A DNA stretch of 64,000 nucleotides from a virus. Position 1 is the stretch's first letter, and each line of letters opens with the position of its first letter. Location: IMG/VR virus record IMGVR_UViG_3300045988_160639. One strand, 5' to 3'. The translations under genes were made by a program, and so were the position numbers. A model generated the notes under the pieces. The model saw only the letters and a program-made list of their open reading frames with translations, was not told where the DNA came from and did no database searches. Shown piece after piece: positions 52,595 through 63,679 of the stretch.

Positions 52595-53593
52595 ATGATT
52601 AACCTTATGACACTTGAAGAAAATAAGATTAGTACAGATTTTAGTGGTTATCCTGTTGTATTTATGGGTGAGACAGGAGACGGAAAGACAGATTCACTCA
52701 ATCGTTTCCTCCGCTCTGTTGCTCCTGAAGGCAAAGTTCCTCTGTTTGTAATGTTTGAGGATAGATATAAAACTATTCAGAACATTATGGCTGTCAGAGT
52801 ACATTCTATTCCTGATGTACTTGCTGTTGCTTCCCAGCTCAAGAATCCAAAGACAAGAGAACGTTTCTCTTGTGTAGTTTTTGATACAGCCGATAAGTTT
52901 GAGGAAATGGCAAGTAGATATATAGCTTCAAATAAGGAAACGGAGATTATTGAAGATATTGGTTTTGCTCGTGGTAAGAAGTATCTTTCGTCTGTAATGG
53001 GTATTGTAGGCGAAATCAGAAATCTCGGACTTCCTGTCCATTTTGCAGTGCAGTCCTATAAGATAACTGATTTCAAGACAGGCGCAATTACATACAAGTG
53101 TAAGCTGAATGAGGCTACTAAGAATCAGATTTTCCACGATGCTTTCCTTGTCGGAATGGTTTCTATTGACCCAAAGGCAAAGGGTAATGTAAATGCAGAC
53201 AGACTTATTACATTTAAGAAGACTTCCGAATATATTGAACTCAAGGATACTTGGGGACTGCCTGACAAGATGTATGTATCTGAAATTAAGAGCAATCTTG
53301 AAAAGCTGTTTAATGCCAAGTATGATAGGACTGAGCTTGTAGATGTTCCTGCACTGGAAGAAATCAAGGACGAGGTTTCTTTTGATGAAGTAAAGTCAAG
53401 AGGTATGGAACTTGGTTCAATTCTTGCTGAAAATGGTTATCTTAATGAAGCAATGAATGTACTCAAGACTACAATAGGTCAGAATGAGGACGGTTCTGCT
53501 AAGATGTTTGATGATATTCTTCCTACTCAGATTGACCTTGCGCAGGTAGTAGTTATGAAGCTTGAAGAACTCAAGACATCTAAGGGTATCTGA
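52595..53593 (+). CDS. AAA/RecA-like ATPase (Sak4/AAA_24-like)
   Basis: Walker A GETGDGKTD and Walker B-like VVFDTADK. Confidence 0.6.
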   Translation: MINLMTLEENKISTDFSGYPVVFMGETGDGKTDSLNRFLRSVAPEGKVPLFVMFEDRYKTIQNIMAVRVHSIPDVLAVASQLKNPKTRERFSCVVFDTADKFEEMASRYIASNKETEIIEDIGFARGKKYLSSVMGIVGEIRNLGLPVHFAVQSYKITDFKTGAITYKCKLNEATKNQIFHDAFLVGMVSIDPKAKGNVNADRLITFKKTSEYIELKDTWGLPDKMYVSEIKSNLEKLFNAKYDRTELVDVPALEEIKDEVSFDEVKSRGMELGSILAENGYLNEAMNVLKTTIGQNEDGSAKMFDDILPTQIDLAQVVVMKLEELKTSKGI

Positions 53594-53673
53594 TAATACA
53601 ATTAAACAGATAACAAAAAAGGGCGGTGGGTGGATAGCCTACCGTCTGTTTTGTCTATTCAGGAAGTGATTAT

Positions 53674-54147
53674 ATAAGCAGACCTGCACACTGCAAATGT
53701 TGCAATAAAGAAATCCGAGGAGAAGAAATATTCAAACATAATAACAAGTCATATTGCAAGCAATGTTATGAAATAATACACTCTGAAAGTGAAGATTATA
53801 AAACGCTTATATCTATGATTTGTGAGTATTTTGAATGTGATGAACCCACCGGAATGATAATGACACAGATAAAAAATTACAAAAAAGACTATGATTTAAG
53901 TTACGCTGCTATTGGATATACACTTTGGTATATCAAAAACATTATCGGAGATAAATTCAATATAAAATACGGCATCTTTCAAGTTAAAAATGAATATAAA
54001 AACGCTGAAAAATATTTTAAGGAACAGCAGTTGATCAGTGAAAAGGCTTATAATTTCGAAGAAAAAGAACGGATAGTAAAATTAAAGCCTAAATCAAAGA
54101 AAAATAATTACCTTATAGATTTAGATAAATTTGTAGAAGGGGAGTGA
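53674..54147 (+). CDS. Zn-ribbon replication-associated protein, probable ATA start
   Basis: The tracked ORF starts at 53815, but the frame is open from 53638 and encodes CKCCNKE...YCKQCYE upstream. The only start-like codon with an SD (AGGAAGTGA) is the ATA at 53674. Confidence 0.5.
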   Translation: MSRPAHCKCCNKEIRGEEIFKHNNKSYCKQCYEIIHSESEDYKTLISMICEYFECDEPTGMIMTQIKNYKKDYDLSYAAIGYTLWYIKNIIGDKFNIKYGIFQVKNEYKNAEKYFKEQQLISEKAYNFEEKERIVKLKPKSKKNNYLIDLDKFVEGE

Positions 54148-55769
54148 CTACTGAGTTGGACGTTAAAGGTCTTGTTGATAAAAGAAATATATTCCTGCTT
54201 TTAGGTTGTTATTGCAATAATCCTAAAATGATATTTGATGAAAAGTATGAAACAAACGCTTATGATTATTCAGAAACGTTTCATAAAACAATTTGGGGAG
54301 CTATTGTTAATATCGCTAAAAAGGGAAATATACAAAAAATTTCACCTGTTGAAATAGAAAATGAAATTGCTCAGTTCCCAAGTGCGACTACTGTTTGGAA
54401 GAATAATGACGGTTGGAATTACATAGATAAGGCTATTGCAGAATCCGCAGATAAGCTTTTAAACGCTGGATTTTACAGAGATACAGTGCGTAAATATTCA
54501 ATTATTAGAAATGCGATTGAATCTTTAAAGTTGGACATATCATTTTTGTATGATGAAGAGGACGAGGTTAAGCTTGATAAATTCAATAGTATGACAAGTA
54601 CAGACGTGCTTAATGAAATATGCTGTAAATTCAGTGATTTTAAAAATCTTTGGAAAAGTGCTTTTGGAGATAATTATTCTTTTCACGCAGGCGATGATAT
54701 TAAAAATCGAATATCTGAATATAAAAATCAGACAAATACATATGGCTATCCCTTTCAAAGCGGTTATCTCACTACAGTATATCGTGGAATGAGAAGCAAA
54801 AAGATGATTATTCGCAGTTCCATCTCAGGCGGTGGTAAATCTCGTTCAAGTATGGCTGATGCTGTAAATATAGCTTGTGATAAGATTTATGACTGGCAAA
54901 AGAAAGAGTGGATAGCAACAGGTGAAAAAAGACCGGTGTTATTCATATCAACAGAGCTAACAAAGGAAGAAATTCAAGACTGTTTGCTTGCACATATCAG
55001 TGGAATTGAACAGGACAGACTTGAAGAATGGAAAGATATAACTCCTGAAGAAGAAAAAGTTCTCGATAAATCCGCTGAAATTGTAGAAGAATCACTGCTA
55101 TATGGAGAATATCAACCCGACTTTACCATTGATACTATCTGCGAAACCATAGAACAATACATAATAAATCAGAAAATAGAATATGTTTTCTTTGATTATA
55201 TCAATGACAGTCCTTCTCTTTATGCTTATTACTTTGAAAAAACCAAAACACGACTTAGAACAGACCAGATTTTGTTCCTGTTTAGTGCAGCTTTAAAATC
55301 AGCTTGTAATAAGTACGATGTTTTCTTAGGAACATCTACTCAGCTAAATGATACATATAAAGATGATATAAATAAGGATTCGGGAGCATTGAAAGGTTCA
55401 AAGAGTATTATTGAAAAAGCTGACGGTGGTATGCTTGCATTACCTGTTACAACTAAAGACCTTAAAAAGCTTAAGCCAATACTTGAAGCACGAGGAAACT
55501 TTAATCCTACTGTTCCCAATATGGCATATTGGATATTCAAAAATCGTGGAGGAAAGTGGAAAGCTATCGTTATCTGGACTAAAATCAATCTTGGTACAAT
55601 GCGAGAGATGGATTGTTTTGTCACTGATTATAATTATGAGCTTATAGATGATATTGAAAAAACGATTATTGAATTTGAATTTGACGATGTTGGTAACGCC
55701 GAAATGCTTGATACAACAGTAGATGTTGATGCTGTGAAGGTCATTGATAACATTCTGAATCCAAATTAA
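54144..55769 (+). CDS. DnaB-like replicative helicase
   Basis: 541 aa. Walker A SISGGGKSRS and Walker B-like VFFDYIND. Sits upstream of the primase. Confidence 0.7.
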   Translation: MTTELDVKGLVDKRNIFLLLGCYCNNPKMIFDEKYETNAYDYSETFHKTIWGAIVNIAKKGNIQKISPVEIENEIAQFPSATTVWKNNDGWNYIDKAIAESADKLLNAGFYRDTVRKYSIIRNAIESLKLDISFLYDEEDEVKLDKFNSMTSTDVLNEICCKFSDFKNLWKSAFGDNYSFHAGDDIKNRISEYKNQTNTYGYPFQSGYLTTVYRGMRSKKMIIRSSISGGGKSRSSMADAVNIACDKIYDWQKKEWIATGEKRPVLFISTELTKEEIQDCLLAHISGIEQDRLEEWKDITPEEEKVLDKSAEIVEESLLYGEYQPDFTIDTICETIEQYIINQKIEYVFFDYINDSPSLYAYYFEKTKTRLRTDQILFLFSAALKSACNKYDVFLGTSTQLNDTYKDDINKDSGALKGSKSIIEKADGGMLALPVTTKDLKKLKPILEARGNFNPTVPNMAYWIFKNRGGKWKAIVIWTKINLGTMREMDCFVTDYNYELIDDIEKTIIEFEFDDVGNAEMLDTTVDVDAVKVIDNILNPN

Positions 55770-55781
55770 GGCGGTGAATAA

Positions 55782-56846
55782 ATGACTGCCGAAGAACTCA
55801 AATCAGCTTTAACTACTGAAAATATAAAGACTTTGATGGAAATTCTCGGTGGAACAGTATATACAGATAATGATGATTATATGATATATGATACTATTTG
55901 CCATTGCGGTACAAGTCATAAACTTTATTACTACAAATCATCTAAATCTTTTTACTGTTATACCGAATGTGGAAGTCTTGATATTATTGAAATAGTGAAA
56001 AGACTGAAAAAATATAATCTTCCAGAAGCTATTACTTGGATTTCAAATCAGTGCCATATTGATGAAAGACGAGGCTTCGGAAACAGTTATATCTCCGATT
56101 GGTCTTTTATAAAGGATTACGATAAATCCAAATCAAAGCAAACGATCATCAAAGACCTTGATAGTTATGACAGTAAAATTCTAAATGTTTTTCAGAACAA
56201 ATACTATCAAGGTTGGATTGATGAGGGCATTTCCATAGAAAGTATGCAGAAATATAACATTAAGTATTCTCCTTACTTACGCCAGATAATTATTCCTCAT
56301 TATGATATAACAAATCGTTTAGTTGGAATACGAGGACGAATGATGACAGAGGAAGATGAAGAACGCTATGGAAAATATTCTCCCATTAAAGTAGGAGATA
56401 TAATGTACAAGCATTGCCTTTCTTATAACTTTTACGGCATCAATCAAAACCTAAACACAATAAAAAACAAACACAAAGTTATGCTTGTAGAAGCTGAGAA
56501 ATCAGTTCTGCAAGCAGACACACTGTTTGGAGAGAATAATTTCACGTTGGCTGTTTGCGGAAGTGCATTTCATTCTTATCAGCGAGATATGTTGATTATG
56601 CTCGGAGTAAAAGAAGTGATAATTGCACTTGATAAACAGTATGAAACAGCCGATTCACAAGAAGCTATGGATTGGCAAAATCATATAATAAAGCAGTTTA
56701 TAAAGCCTTTGTCTCCATATTTTGCGGTTTATGTACTTTGGGATACAGAAAATTTGCTTGATTATAAGCAATCTCCTACCGATAAAGGTAAAGAAACGTT
56801 GTTAAAGCTTATGAAAAATAAAATTTATGTTCCGTCTTATGATTAA
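55782..56846 (+). CDS. DnaG-type primase (zinc finger plus TOPRIM)
   Basis: CHCGTSHK...CYTECG zinc finger, VEAEKSV (TOPRIM Glu) and ALDKQ. Confidence 0.7.
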   Translation: MTAEELKSALTTENIKTLMEILGGTVYTDNDDYMIYDTICHCGTSHKLYYYKSSKSFYCYTECGSLDIIEIVKRLKKYNLPEAITWISNQCHIDERRGFGNSYISDWSFIKDYDKSKSKQTIIKDLDSYDSKILNVFQNKYYQGWIDEGISIESMQKYNIKYSPYLRQIIIPHYDITNRLVGIRGRMMTEEDEERYGKYSPIKVGDIMYKHCLSYNFYGINQNLNTIKNKHKVMLVEAEKSVLQADTLFGENNFTLAVCGSAFHSYQRDMLIMLGVKEVIIALDKQYETADSQEAMDWQNHIIKQFIKPLSPYFAVYVLWDTENLLDYKQSPTDKGKETLLKLMKNKIYVPSYD

Positions 56847-56860
56847 ACGAGGTGAATTAA

Positions 56861-58636
56861 GTGACTTTTGAATATCAAACACGAGGAAGTATTGGAATAG
56901 GTAATCCTGTTACAAAAATTCTTGAAAATCGGGGAATAAAAAATGTTCCTATGTTTTTAAATCCTACAAAATCCTGTTTAGAGGATAATCACCTGTTAGA
57001 TAATATTGATTTGTCAGTTGATATTTTTCTTAAACATATGAATAATAACAGTAAAGTTGTAGTGTTGCAGGATTGTGACTGTGACGGTGTGACTTCCGCA
57101 GCTTTAATGATACAGTATATAAATGATAATTTTCCGTCAATTTCAGTGGATTATATTATACACGACAATAAAGAACACGGTCTTGATAATAAATCTATGC
57201 TTGAGATTGAACCGAAAAAGCCTGATTTGCTTATTATTCCAGATGCCGGAAGTAATGATTTGAGACAGTTGAAAACATTAAAATCTGTCGGTATTGATGT
57301 CATTGTTCTCGATCATCACGATGAATCGGAAAAGGTTACACGATTAAAGTCTATATATAGGCTTAATAATCTTAATGATTTCGCAGTGATAGTAAATAAT
57401 CAGATGTCATCAAAAGTAAATGACAAGTCAATGACAGGCGTAGGAATAGTCTATAAGTTTTGTTCTGTTGTTGATGAAAGACTAAAGCGTGATACAGTTA
57501 ATAAATATCTTGATTTGGTAGCCCTCGGAATGATAGCTGATTCGTGTGATTTGTCACAGTTGCAGACACGATATTTAGTTCTCGAAGGCATTAAACAGAT
57601 ACAAAACGAGACAAATCATAATAAATTCATTTCGGAATTAGTCAAGTCTCAGGCTTATTCATTACATAGTAAAGCAACCATTTTAGGTATAAGCTTTTAT
57701 ATTGCACCTCTTGTAAATGCTCTGATCCGACTTGGTACAAAAGACGGCAAAGAAATAATGCTTAAAGCATTTCTCAATTCATCGGAAAAAGCGATTGTTA
57801 AAATTCGTGGTAAAGGTGAAATTGAGGTTTCAATTCAGGAACAAGCGAGAAGATTATGCGAAAGTTATAAACGCAAACAGCAGAAAATAACAAGTGATTA
57901 CACAGAAGTCCTTAAAGAGCAAATAAATGAATTTGGATTGAACGAATATCCTGTAATCTGTTGTAAAGCCGATAAGTCATTTGAAAAAACATTTACAGGT
58001 CTGATTGCAAATAAACTTACATCTATGTATAATAAGCCGTGTCTGCTTCTGAGAGATTATAATGATATTCTTATGGGAAGTGCAAGGGGATTCGATAAAT
58101 CTCATATTAAAGACATTAAGGATTTCTGCTTGCAGACAAAATTGTTTGATTTGGCAGAGGGACATCCTAACGCTTGCGGTGTAACTATTAAAAAGGATAA
58201 TATTTCAAAGTTTTACGATTATCTTTCTCAGCAAAATTTTGATAATACTTTAAATTATACCGTGGATGCAGTTTTTGACGAAAAATCACTCACCGCAGAG
58301 GTAATTCAGTCAATTTTTGCACTTTCTGACGTTTGGGGAACAAATATTGAAGAACCTCTATTTTTATTAAAATTGAAATGCCCTACTGATGGGGGTTTCA
58401 CGGTGCTTGGAAATGAAAAAAACACAATAAAATTGACATTTCATAATATTGAGATTATTAAGTTTCGTTCCTCTGAAAATGAGTACAATGAGATAAAAAC
58501 TCTTGGTAAAATGGTTGAATTTACAATAGTGGGCAAGTTTTCAGTCAATGAATATAACGGAAAGAAAACTCCACAGGTCATAGTGGAAAACTGGATGTAT
58601 AAACCTTGTACCGAAAAGCCTAAATTCAGATTTTAA
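56861..58636 (+). CDS. RecJ-like DHH-family phosphoesterase/exonuclease
   Basis: DCDCDGVTSAA (DHH motifs I/II) and VLDHHDE (DHH motif). Confidence 0.75.
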   Translation: MTFEYQTRGSIGIGNPVTKILENRGIKNVPMFLNPTKSCLEDNHLLDNIDLSVDIFLKHMNNNSKVVVLQDCDCDGVTSAALMIQYINDNFPSISVDYIIHDNKEHGLDNKSMLEIEPKKPDLLIIPDAGSNDLRQLKTLKSVGIDVIVLDHHDESEKVTRLKSIYRLNNLNDFAVIVNNQMSSKVNDKSMTGVGIVYKFCSVVDERLKRDTVNKYLDLVALGMIADSCDLSQLQTRYLVLEGIKQIQNETNHNKFISELVKSQAYSLHSKATILGISFYIAPLVNALIRLGTKDGKEIMLKAFLNSSEKAIVKIRGKGEIEVSIQEQARRLCESYKRKQQKITSDYTEVLKEQINEFGLNEYPVICCKADKSFEKTFTGLIANKLTSMYNKPCLLLRDYNDILMGSARGFDKSHIKDIKDFCLQTKLFDLAEGHPNACGVTIKKDNISKFYDYLSQQNFDNTLNYTVDAVFDEKSLTAEVIQSIFALSDVWGTNIEEPLFLLKLKCPTDGGFTVLGNEKNTIKLTFHNIEIIKFRSSENEYNEIKTLGKMVEFTIVGKFSVNEYNGKKTPQVIVENWMYKPCTEKPKFRF

Positions 58637-58648
58637 GGAAGTGATAAA

Positions 58649-61198
58649 GTGGATTACAATATCTTTGGTTACGATTTTGAAGTTTTTAAGTACGATTGGC
58701 TTGTTGTATTTGTTAATAAGAATACATCTGAAAGAACAGTAATCGTTAATGACAGACAAGCTTTAAAGGATTTTTATAATACGAATAAAGACGCTATTTT
58801 TGTAGGATATAATTCAAGAAATTACGACCAGTTCGTTTTTAAAGGCATCTCGTGTAATATGAATCCAGCAATTATCAATGAAGAATTGATTGTTAAAGGG
58901 AAATCGGGCTATCAGATTGTGAAAAAAGCAAAGGACATTCCTTTTAATAATTATGATGTTTCGGATATTCAGCATAGTTTAAAGCAGCTTGAAGCTTTTA
59001 TGGGTCACGATATTAAAGAGTCGGAGGTTGATTTTACAATAGATAGACCTCTGACACAAGCCGAAATCGAAGAAACAATTAAGTATTGTACTCACGATGT
59101 AACGGAGTGTTTGGCTGTTCTCGATTATAAAATCGGTGATTTCGATGCTCAATTTAGTCTAATTGAAGCATTTGATTTACCTTTTGAGATGTTTAATAAG
59201 ACTAAAGCACAGCTTTCAGCTCATATTCTCGGTGCAGTAAAACAGCACACAATGGACGATGAATTTGAATTTACAATTCCTCCGACTTTAAAATTGGGCA
59301 AAAAGTATCAGTTTGTAGTCGATTGGTTTAAAAATCCTGTGAATAAAGCTTATAAGACGGCAACTTATTCATATGAAAATCAGCACAAACGTGAATTAGA
59401 TTGTATGATAGCAGGTGTTCCTCATATTTTTGCTTATGGTGGAGTACATGGTGCTATCCCTAACTATCACGCAAAAGGAATAATATTGTGCCTGGATGTT
59501 GCCAGCCTTTATCCGTCAATTATGATTGAATATGGTTATCTCAGCCGTAAACTCAAGAATCCTCAAAAGTACAAAGAGATTCGAGACGAAAGACTTAGAC
59601 TTAAAAAGTTAAAGGATAAACGTCAGCAACCTATGAAAATCGTACTTAATTCCACATATGGAATACTCAAAGATAAAAATAATCCACTTTATGACCCTCT
59701 TATGAGCAATAACGTTTGTGTTACAGGTCAACTTTTGCTTCTTGATTTGATTGAAAAGGTAGAGCCGTATTGTCAGTTGATTCAAAGTAATACAGATGGT
59801 ATCTATATGCTTGTTAAAGATATGGAGACAGTAAAAATAATTGAAGATATTGCTCACGAATGGGAGACAAGAACAAGGCTCTCGCTCGAATTTGATATTT
59901 ACAATGAGATTTATCAAAAAGATGTAAATAACTATATCATCATCTCCGAAGACGGACATTATAAATCAAAAGGAGCTTATCTTAAAAAACTAAGTCCCAT
60001 TGATAATGACTTGCCTATAATCAATACTGCTTTGATTGAATATTTTGTACATCAAACTCCTATTGCAGATACAATAAATAAATCGAATAAGTTGATTGAT
60101 TTTCAAAAGGTTGTCAAGCTCACAAGTCTTTATAAGGGTGTTGTTTATGGAGAATGTGTTACAGAAACAATAGATGGTAAGTCAAAAGTTGTTGTTAAAA
60201 ATGGAGAACATCTCAGAGAAAAAGTGCATAGAGTATTTGCCTCAACCAATCCTCACGCAAAAGCGCTGTATAAAACTAAAACAGAAAAGGGGGAACAGGT
60301 TTATGAAAAGATAGCTTATACTCCTGACCATTGTTTTATCAATAACGATAATATCTTAGATGTTCCTGTCCCCGAAGAACTTGACCGTCAATATTATATC
60401 AATATGGCAACTGATAGATTGAATCAGTTTCTTGAAGTCACTGAGGAAAAACACGATGTCATTCCAGAAATTTTGTATGATAATATGCTCAAAACAAATA
60501 ATTTTTATGAATTTCTGGAATTATGCACACAGACCTTGCCTATTAAAATCAGCAATAAGATATTTACTAATTACATAATTGCTGATTGCTGTTTTAAATA
60601 CGGTAAAACAAAGCATTTACTTGATTTTATCAAATGGTTTGACTTATTGTATGGAAAAGACAAATTAACAGTAAAACAGGCAGAAACTAAATTTGATAAT
60701 GTTAAATCTATAATTGATAAATATTCAGAACTAAGTGCAACAGGTAAAACTCTTATTATAGACAGCAAGAAAATCTTAATTGAACTATTTGATAATATTC
60801 CAGATGAAGATTTATATTTACCTGAAATATTGGAGATGCAGATAAAACTATTTGAAAATTTAAGATATGTAAATTCAGAAATGAATGAAAATTACTATTA
60901 TGTTCTCAATACCAGAAATGAAATAAAGCCCAATTTAATAATTTATCAGCTTAGTACGGGTAATATTCTTAATGTTAAAGTTGATAAACAGATGTTTGAT
61001 ATTCTCTTTATACAAGATGGTGACATCGTTCAAGTCAATAAATCTGAGTATAGATATGGAGTTAAAATCATCGGTAAAGACGAAGACGGAGTAAACATCA
61101 CCGATGCAGATTATAATAAGCAGTATTTATACTTGCTTGGATATGATATTCTGTACAGAGATTACTCAAAGTCCAATAAATCATTGGTGGAGGAATAA
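58649..61198 (+). CDS. Family B DNA polymerase
   Basis: Exo I FGYDFEVF, motif A LDVASLYPSIM and motif C QSNTDGIYM. Confidence 0.85.
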   Translation: MDYNIFGYDFEVFKYDWLVVFVNKNTSERTVIVNDRQALKDFYNTNKDAIFVGYNSRNYDQFVFKGISCNMNPAIINEELIVKGKSGYQIVKKAKDIPFNNYDVSDIQHSLKQLEAFMGHDIKESEVDFTIDRPLTQAEIEETIKYCTHDVTECLAVLDYKIGDFDAQFSLIEAFDLPFEMFNKTKAQLSAHILGAVKQHTMDDEFEFTIPPTLKLGKKYQFVVDWFKNPVNKAYKTATYSYENQHKRELDCMIAGVPHIFAYGGVHGAIPNYHAKGIILCLDVASLYPSIMIEYGYLSRKLKNPQKYKEIRDERLRLKKLKDKRQQPMKIVLNSTYGILKDKNNPLYDPLMSNNVCVTGQLLLLDLIEKVEPYCQLIQSNTDGIYMLVKDMETVKIIEDIAHEWETRTRLSLEFDIYNEIYQKDVNNYIIISEDGHYKSKGAYLKKLSPIDNDLPIINTALIEYFVHQTPIADTINKSNKLIDFQKVVKLTSLYKGVVYGECVTETIDGKSKVVVKNGEHLREKVHRVFASTNPHAKALYKTKTEKGEQVYEKIAYTPDHCFINNDNILDVPVPEELDRQYYINMATDRLNQFLEVTEEKHDVIPEILYDNMLKTNNFYEFLELCTQTLPIKISNKIFTNYIIADCCFKYGKTKHLLDFIKWFDLLYGKDKLTVKQAETKFDNVKSIIDKYSELSATGKTLIIDSKKILIELFDNIPDEDLYLPEILEMQIKLFENLRYVNSEMNENYYYVLNTRNEIKPNLIIYQLSTGNILNVKVDKQMFDILFIQDGDIVQVNKSEYRYGVKIIGKDEDGVNITDADYNKQYLYLLGYDILYRDYSKSNKSLVEE

Positions 61199-61202
61199 TA
61201 TA

Positions 61203-63557
61203 ATGTTTGAAAATGACGAGTCAATCATAAAATGCGAAATAAAATTAAGCAGAATATTTTATCCTAAGAATGTGAAATCTGTAGAAACAGGGGAATATGC
61301 AATATTTGCAGGCACAGTAGTTGTTCCTATTGAGAACTGCTACTTAGATGATGTCATCAAATTCAAGGGTAATGTTCCTGTTCTTGAATATGGAACATCA
61401 TATAAGGTCACAGCTTCTCTCGCCGATCATCACGAAATTTATGGTGATACTTATGAAATTCTCTATATGAGTAAGAAAATAAATATCTCAAATAAAGAAA
61501 GTCAAAAGGAATTATTAAGTACAATTTTACCTGAAAAGACAGTAGAAAATTTGTTTAATACCTATGATGACATTGTTTCATTACTTGAAAAGAGAAATAC
61601 AGAAGCACTGTGTAAAGTTAAAGGCATTACGGAATCCAATGTTGATAGACTGTACAGAGCTTATGACGATACAAAAGATTATAGTCAAATTTTTGTAGAA
61701 CTTAGTAGGTCTGGACTGTCAGGAAATCTCATTAAGAAAATAACTGATTATTATAAATCTCCCGAAAAGGCATTAGACGTAATCAGAAAAACACCATATA
61801 AACTTGTAACAGTTGATGGTATTGGTTTTAAAAAAGCAGATGAAATTGCTCTTAAAATGGGAGTAGATAAATTTGATTGTCAGAGAATTAAGGGATATTT
61901 AATTCACGTTTTGCTTGAACAAGCAGAATTAGGCAGAAGTTATCTTCATTATTCTGAGCTTATGAAAATGTTATATGATACCTTGGGTTTTGTGCCTGAA
62001 GAAATAGTCAATAAGACAGCTCAGATAATGATAGATGATGGAAAAATACATATATCTGAAAATGGTGAAAACATAGGTCTTACAAGATATTATAATCTTG
62101 AAAAAGATATTTGCAATGAAATTGTGAGACTTATGATTGGTTCATCTAAAGACAATGTTGATACTGATAAAAATTCTGTTCCTAAATATATTCCCAAAGA
62201 TTTTAATATCTTTAATCCTGAAAATGTAATAGCGAAAGTTGAAGATGAACAAGGCTTTGAATTTACAGACGAACAGAAAAGTGCGATATATACTTGCTTA
62301 AACAACAGGGTTATTGCTATTACAGGTGGTGCAGGCGTTGGAAAGACTTCAACAGCAAACGGCATTTGTAAAATGTTTAATGGTTATTCAGTTTATGCAG
62401 TGGCACTTTCCGGTAAAGCAGCTTTGAGAATAACAGAAGCAACAGGACTTCCGGCAAGTACAATACATAAAGCGTTAGGGTGGTTCAAGGGACATTTTAT
62501 TCATTGTAAGGAAAATCCTCTCGAAGCTGATATTGTCCTTATAGACGAAGCAACTATGATAAATGGCTCATTATTTAGAGATTTGCTTGAAGCCATTCCA
62601 ACAGGGGCGAAAGTAATAATAATGGGCGATGTACAGCAGTTGACACCAATAGGAAGTTGTCAGGTGTTTGCTGATATGTTAAACAGTGGTGTAGTTCCAA
62701 CAGTGAGACTGACTAAACTTCATAGACAAGCTTTGAATAGTGGTATCATTCCTACATCTATTAAGGTAACAAACCAAGAACAGTTGTTTTCAAACACATA
62801 TCAGGGTTCAGAAATCATTGGTGAATTGCAAGATATGGAGTTAAATATTACTACTGAAAAATGTAATTTATCTGATTATGTAGTTGAAAAGTTTAAGCAA
62901 GAATATGAAAAATTCAAAGATATAAATGAAGTTCAGGTTGTATCAGCTATGAAAACAAGAGGCGATCTGAGTTGTTATAACTTAAATACCAAAATTCAAG
63001 AAGTATATAATCCCATTTCAGAGGACGATATTTTCATTGAAATTAAGCTTTCTGAAAAGAAGGGTAAGACAACAGATATATCTTCTGTCAAGAAATACAG
63101 GATTAAGGTTGGTGATAAAGTAATCAATACTAAGAATAACTACACCTGTACTGATTTAGATGGTAATGTTTGCCCTGTATTTAACGGTAATATAGGTACA
63201 GTCACCAATGTAACACAAAACGGTATCACTATTGATTTCATCGGTATTGGAGAAGTGTGGTTTGGCAGAGACAAATTCAAAAATCTTGAATTAGGATATT
63301 GTATTACAACTCATAAATCACAAGGCTCGGGTTTTAAATCGACTATAATAGCTTTAGATGGTAGTAGCTATATAATGAATAATGCAGAATTGCTCTATAC
63401 AGCTATCACAAGAGCAAAGAAATATTGTATCCTTGTGGCAACAAATTCTGCTGTCAGAAGTGCTATAAGTCATAAGGAAGTTAATAACAAACAAACATAT
63501 CTCAAGGATATGCTTATTAATAATGAAGACCTGAAAGGAGACTTTACAAATGAATGA
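61203..63557 (+). CDS. RecD/Dda-like SF1 DNA helicase
   Basis: Start reset to MFENDES (SD GGTGGAGGA). Walker A ITGGAGVGKTS, Walker B LIDEATM and motif VI TTHKSQGSGF. Confidence 0.8.
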   Translation: MFENDESIIKCEIKLSRIFYPKNVKSVETGEYAIFAGTVVVPIENCYLDDVIKFKGNVPVLEYGTSYKVTASLADHHEIYGDTYEILYMSKKINISNKESQKELLSTILPEKTVENLFNTYDDIVSLLEKRNTEALCKVKGITESNVDRLYRAYDDTKDYSQIFVELSRSGLSGNLIKKITDYYKSPEKALDVIRKTPYKLVTVDGIGFKKADEIALKMGVDKFDCQRIKGYLIHVLLEQAELGRSYLHYSELMKMLYDTLGFVPEEIVNKTAQIMIDDGKIHISENGENIGLTRYYNLEKDICNEIVRLMIGSSKDNVDTDKNSVPKYIPKDFNIFNPENVIAKVEDEQGFEFTDEQKSAIYTCLNNRVIAITGGAGVGKTSTANGICKMFNGYSVYAVALSGKAALRITEATGLPASTIHKALGWFKGHFIHCKENPLEADIVLIDEATMINGSLFRDLLEAIPTGAKVIIMGDVQQLTPIGSCQVFADMLNSGVVPTVRLTKLHRQALNSGIIPTSIKVTNQEQLFSNTYQGSEIIGELQDMELNITTEKCNLSDYVVEKFKQEYEKFKDINEVQVVSAMKTRGDLSCYNLNTKIQEVYNPISEDDIFIEIKLSEKKGKTTDISSVKKYRIKVGDKVINTKNNYTCTDLDGNVCPVFNGNIGTVTNVTQNGITIDFIGIGEVWFGRDKFKNLELGYCITTHKSQGSGFKSTIIALDGSSYIMNNAELLYTAITRAKKYCILVATNSAVRSAISHKEVNNKQTYLKDMLINNEDLKGDFTNE

Positions 63558-63558
63558 G

Positions 63559-63663
63559 ATGACTAACGTATTCAAGATATTCAATCAGCTCCAGTCAACA
63601 AGCAAAAAATTTGAAAAGATTGAAATTCTGAAAGCTAATGAAAGAAACATTTTATCGTTTTAA
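63559..63663 (+). pseudogene. 34-codon fragment resembling the N-terminus of T4-type ATP-dependent DNA ligase
   Basis: MTNVFKIFNQLQSTSKKFEKIEILKANERNILSF-stop is collinear with the T4 ligase start (MILKILNEIASIGSTKQKQAILEKNKDNELL, quoted from memory). Confidence 0.45.
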
Positions 63664-63679
63664 AAGAGGAGAACTGCAA

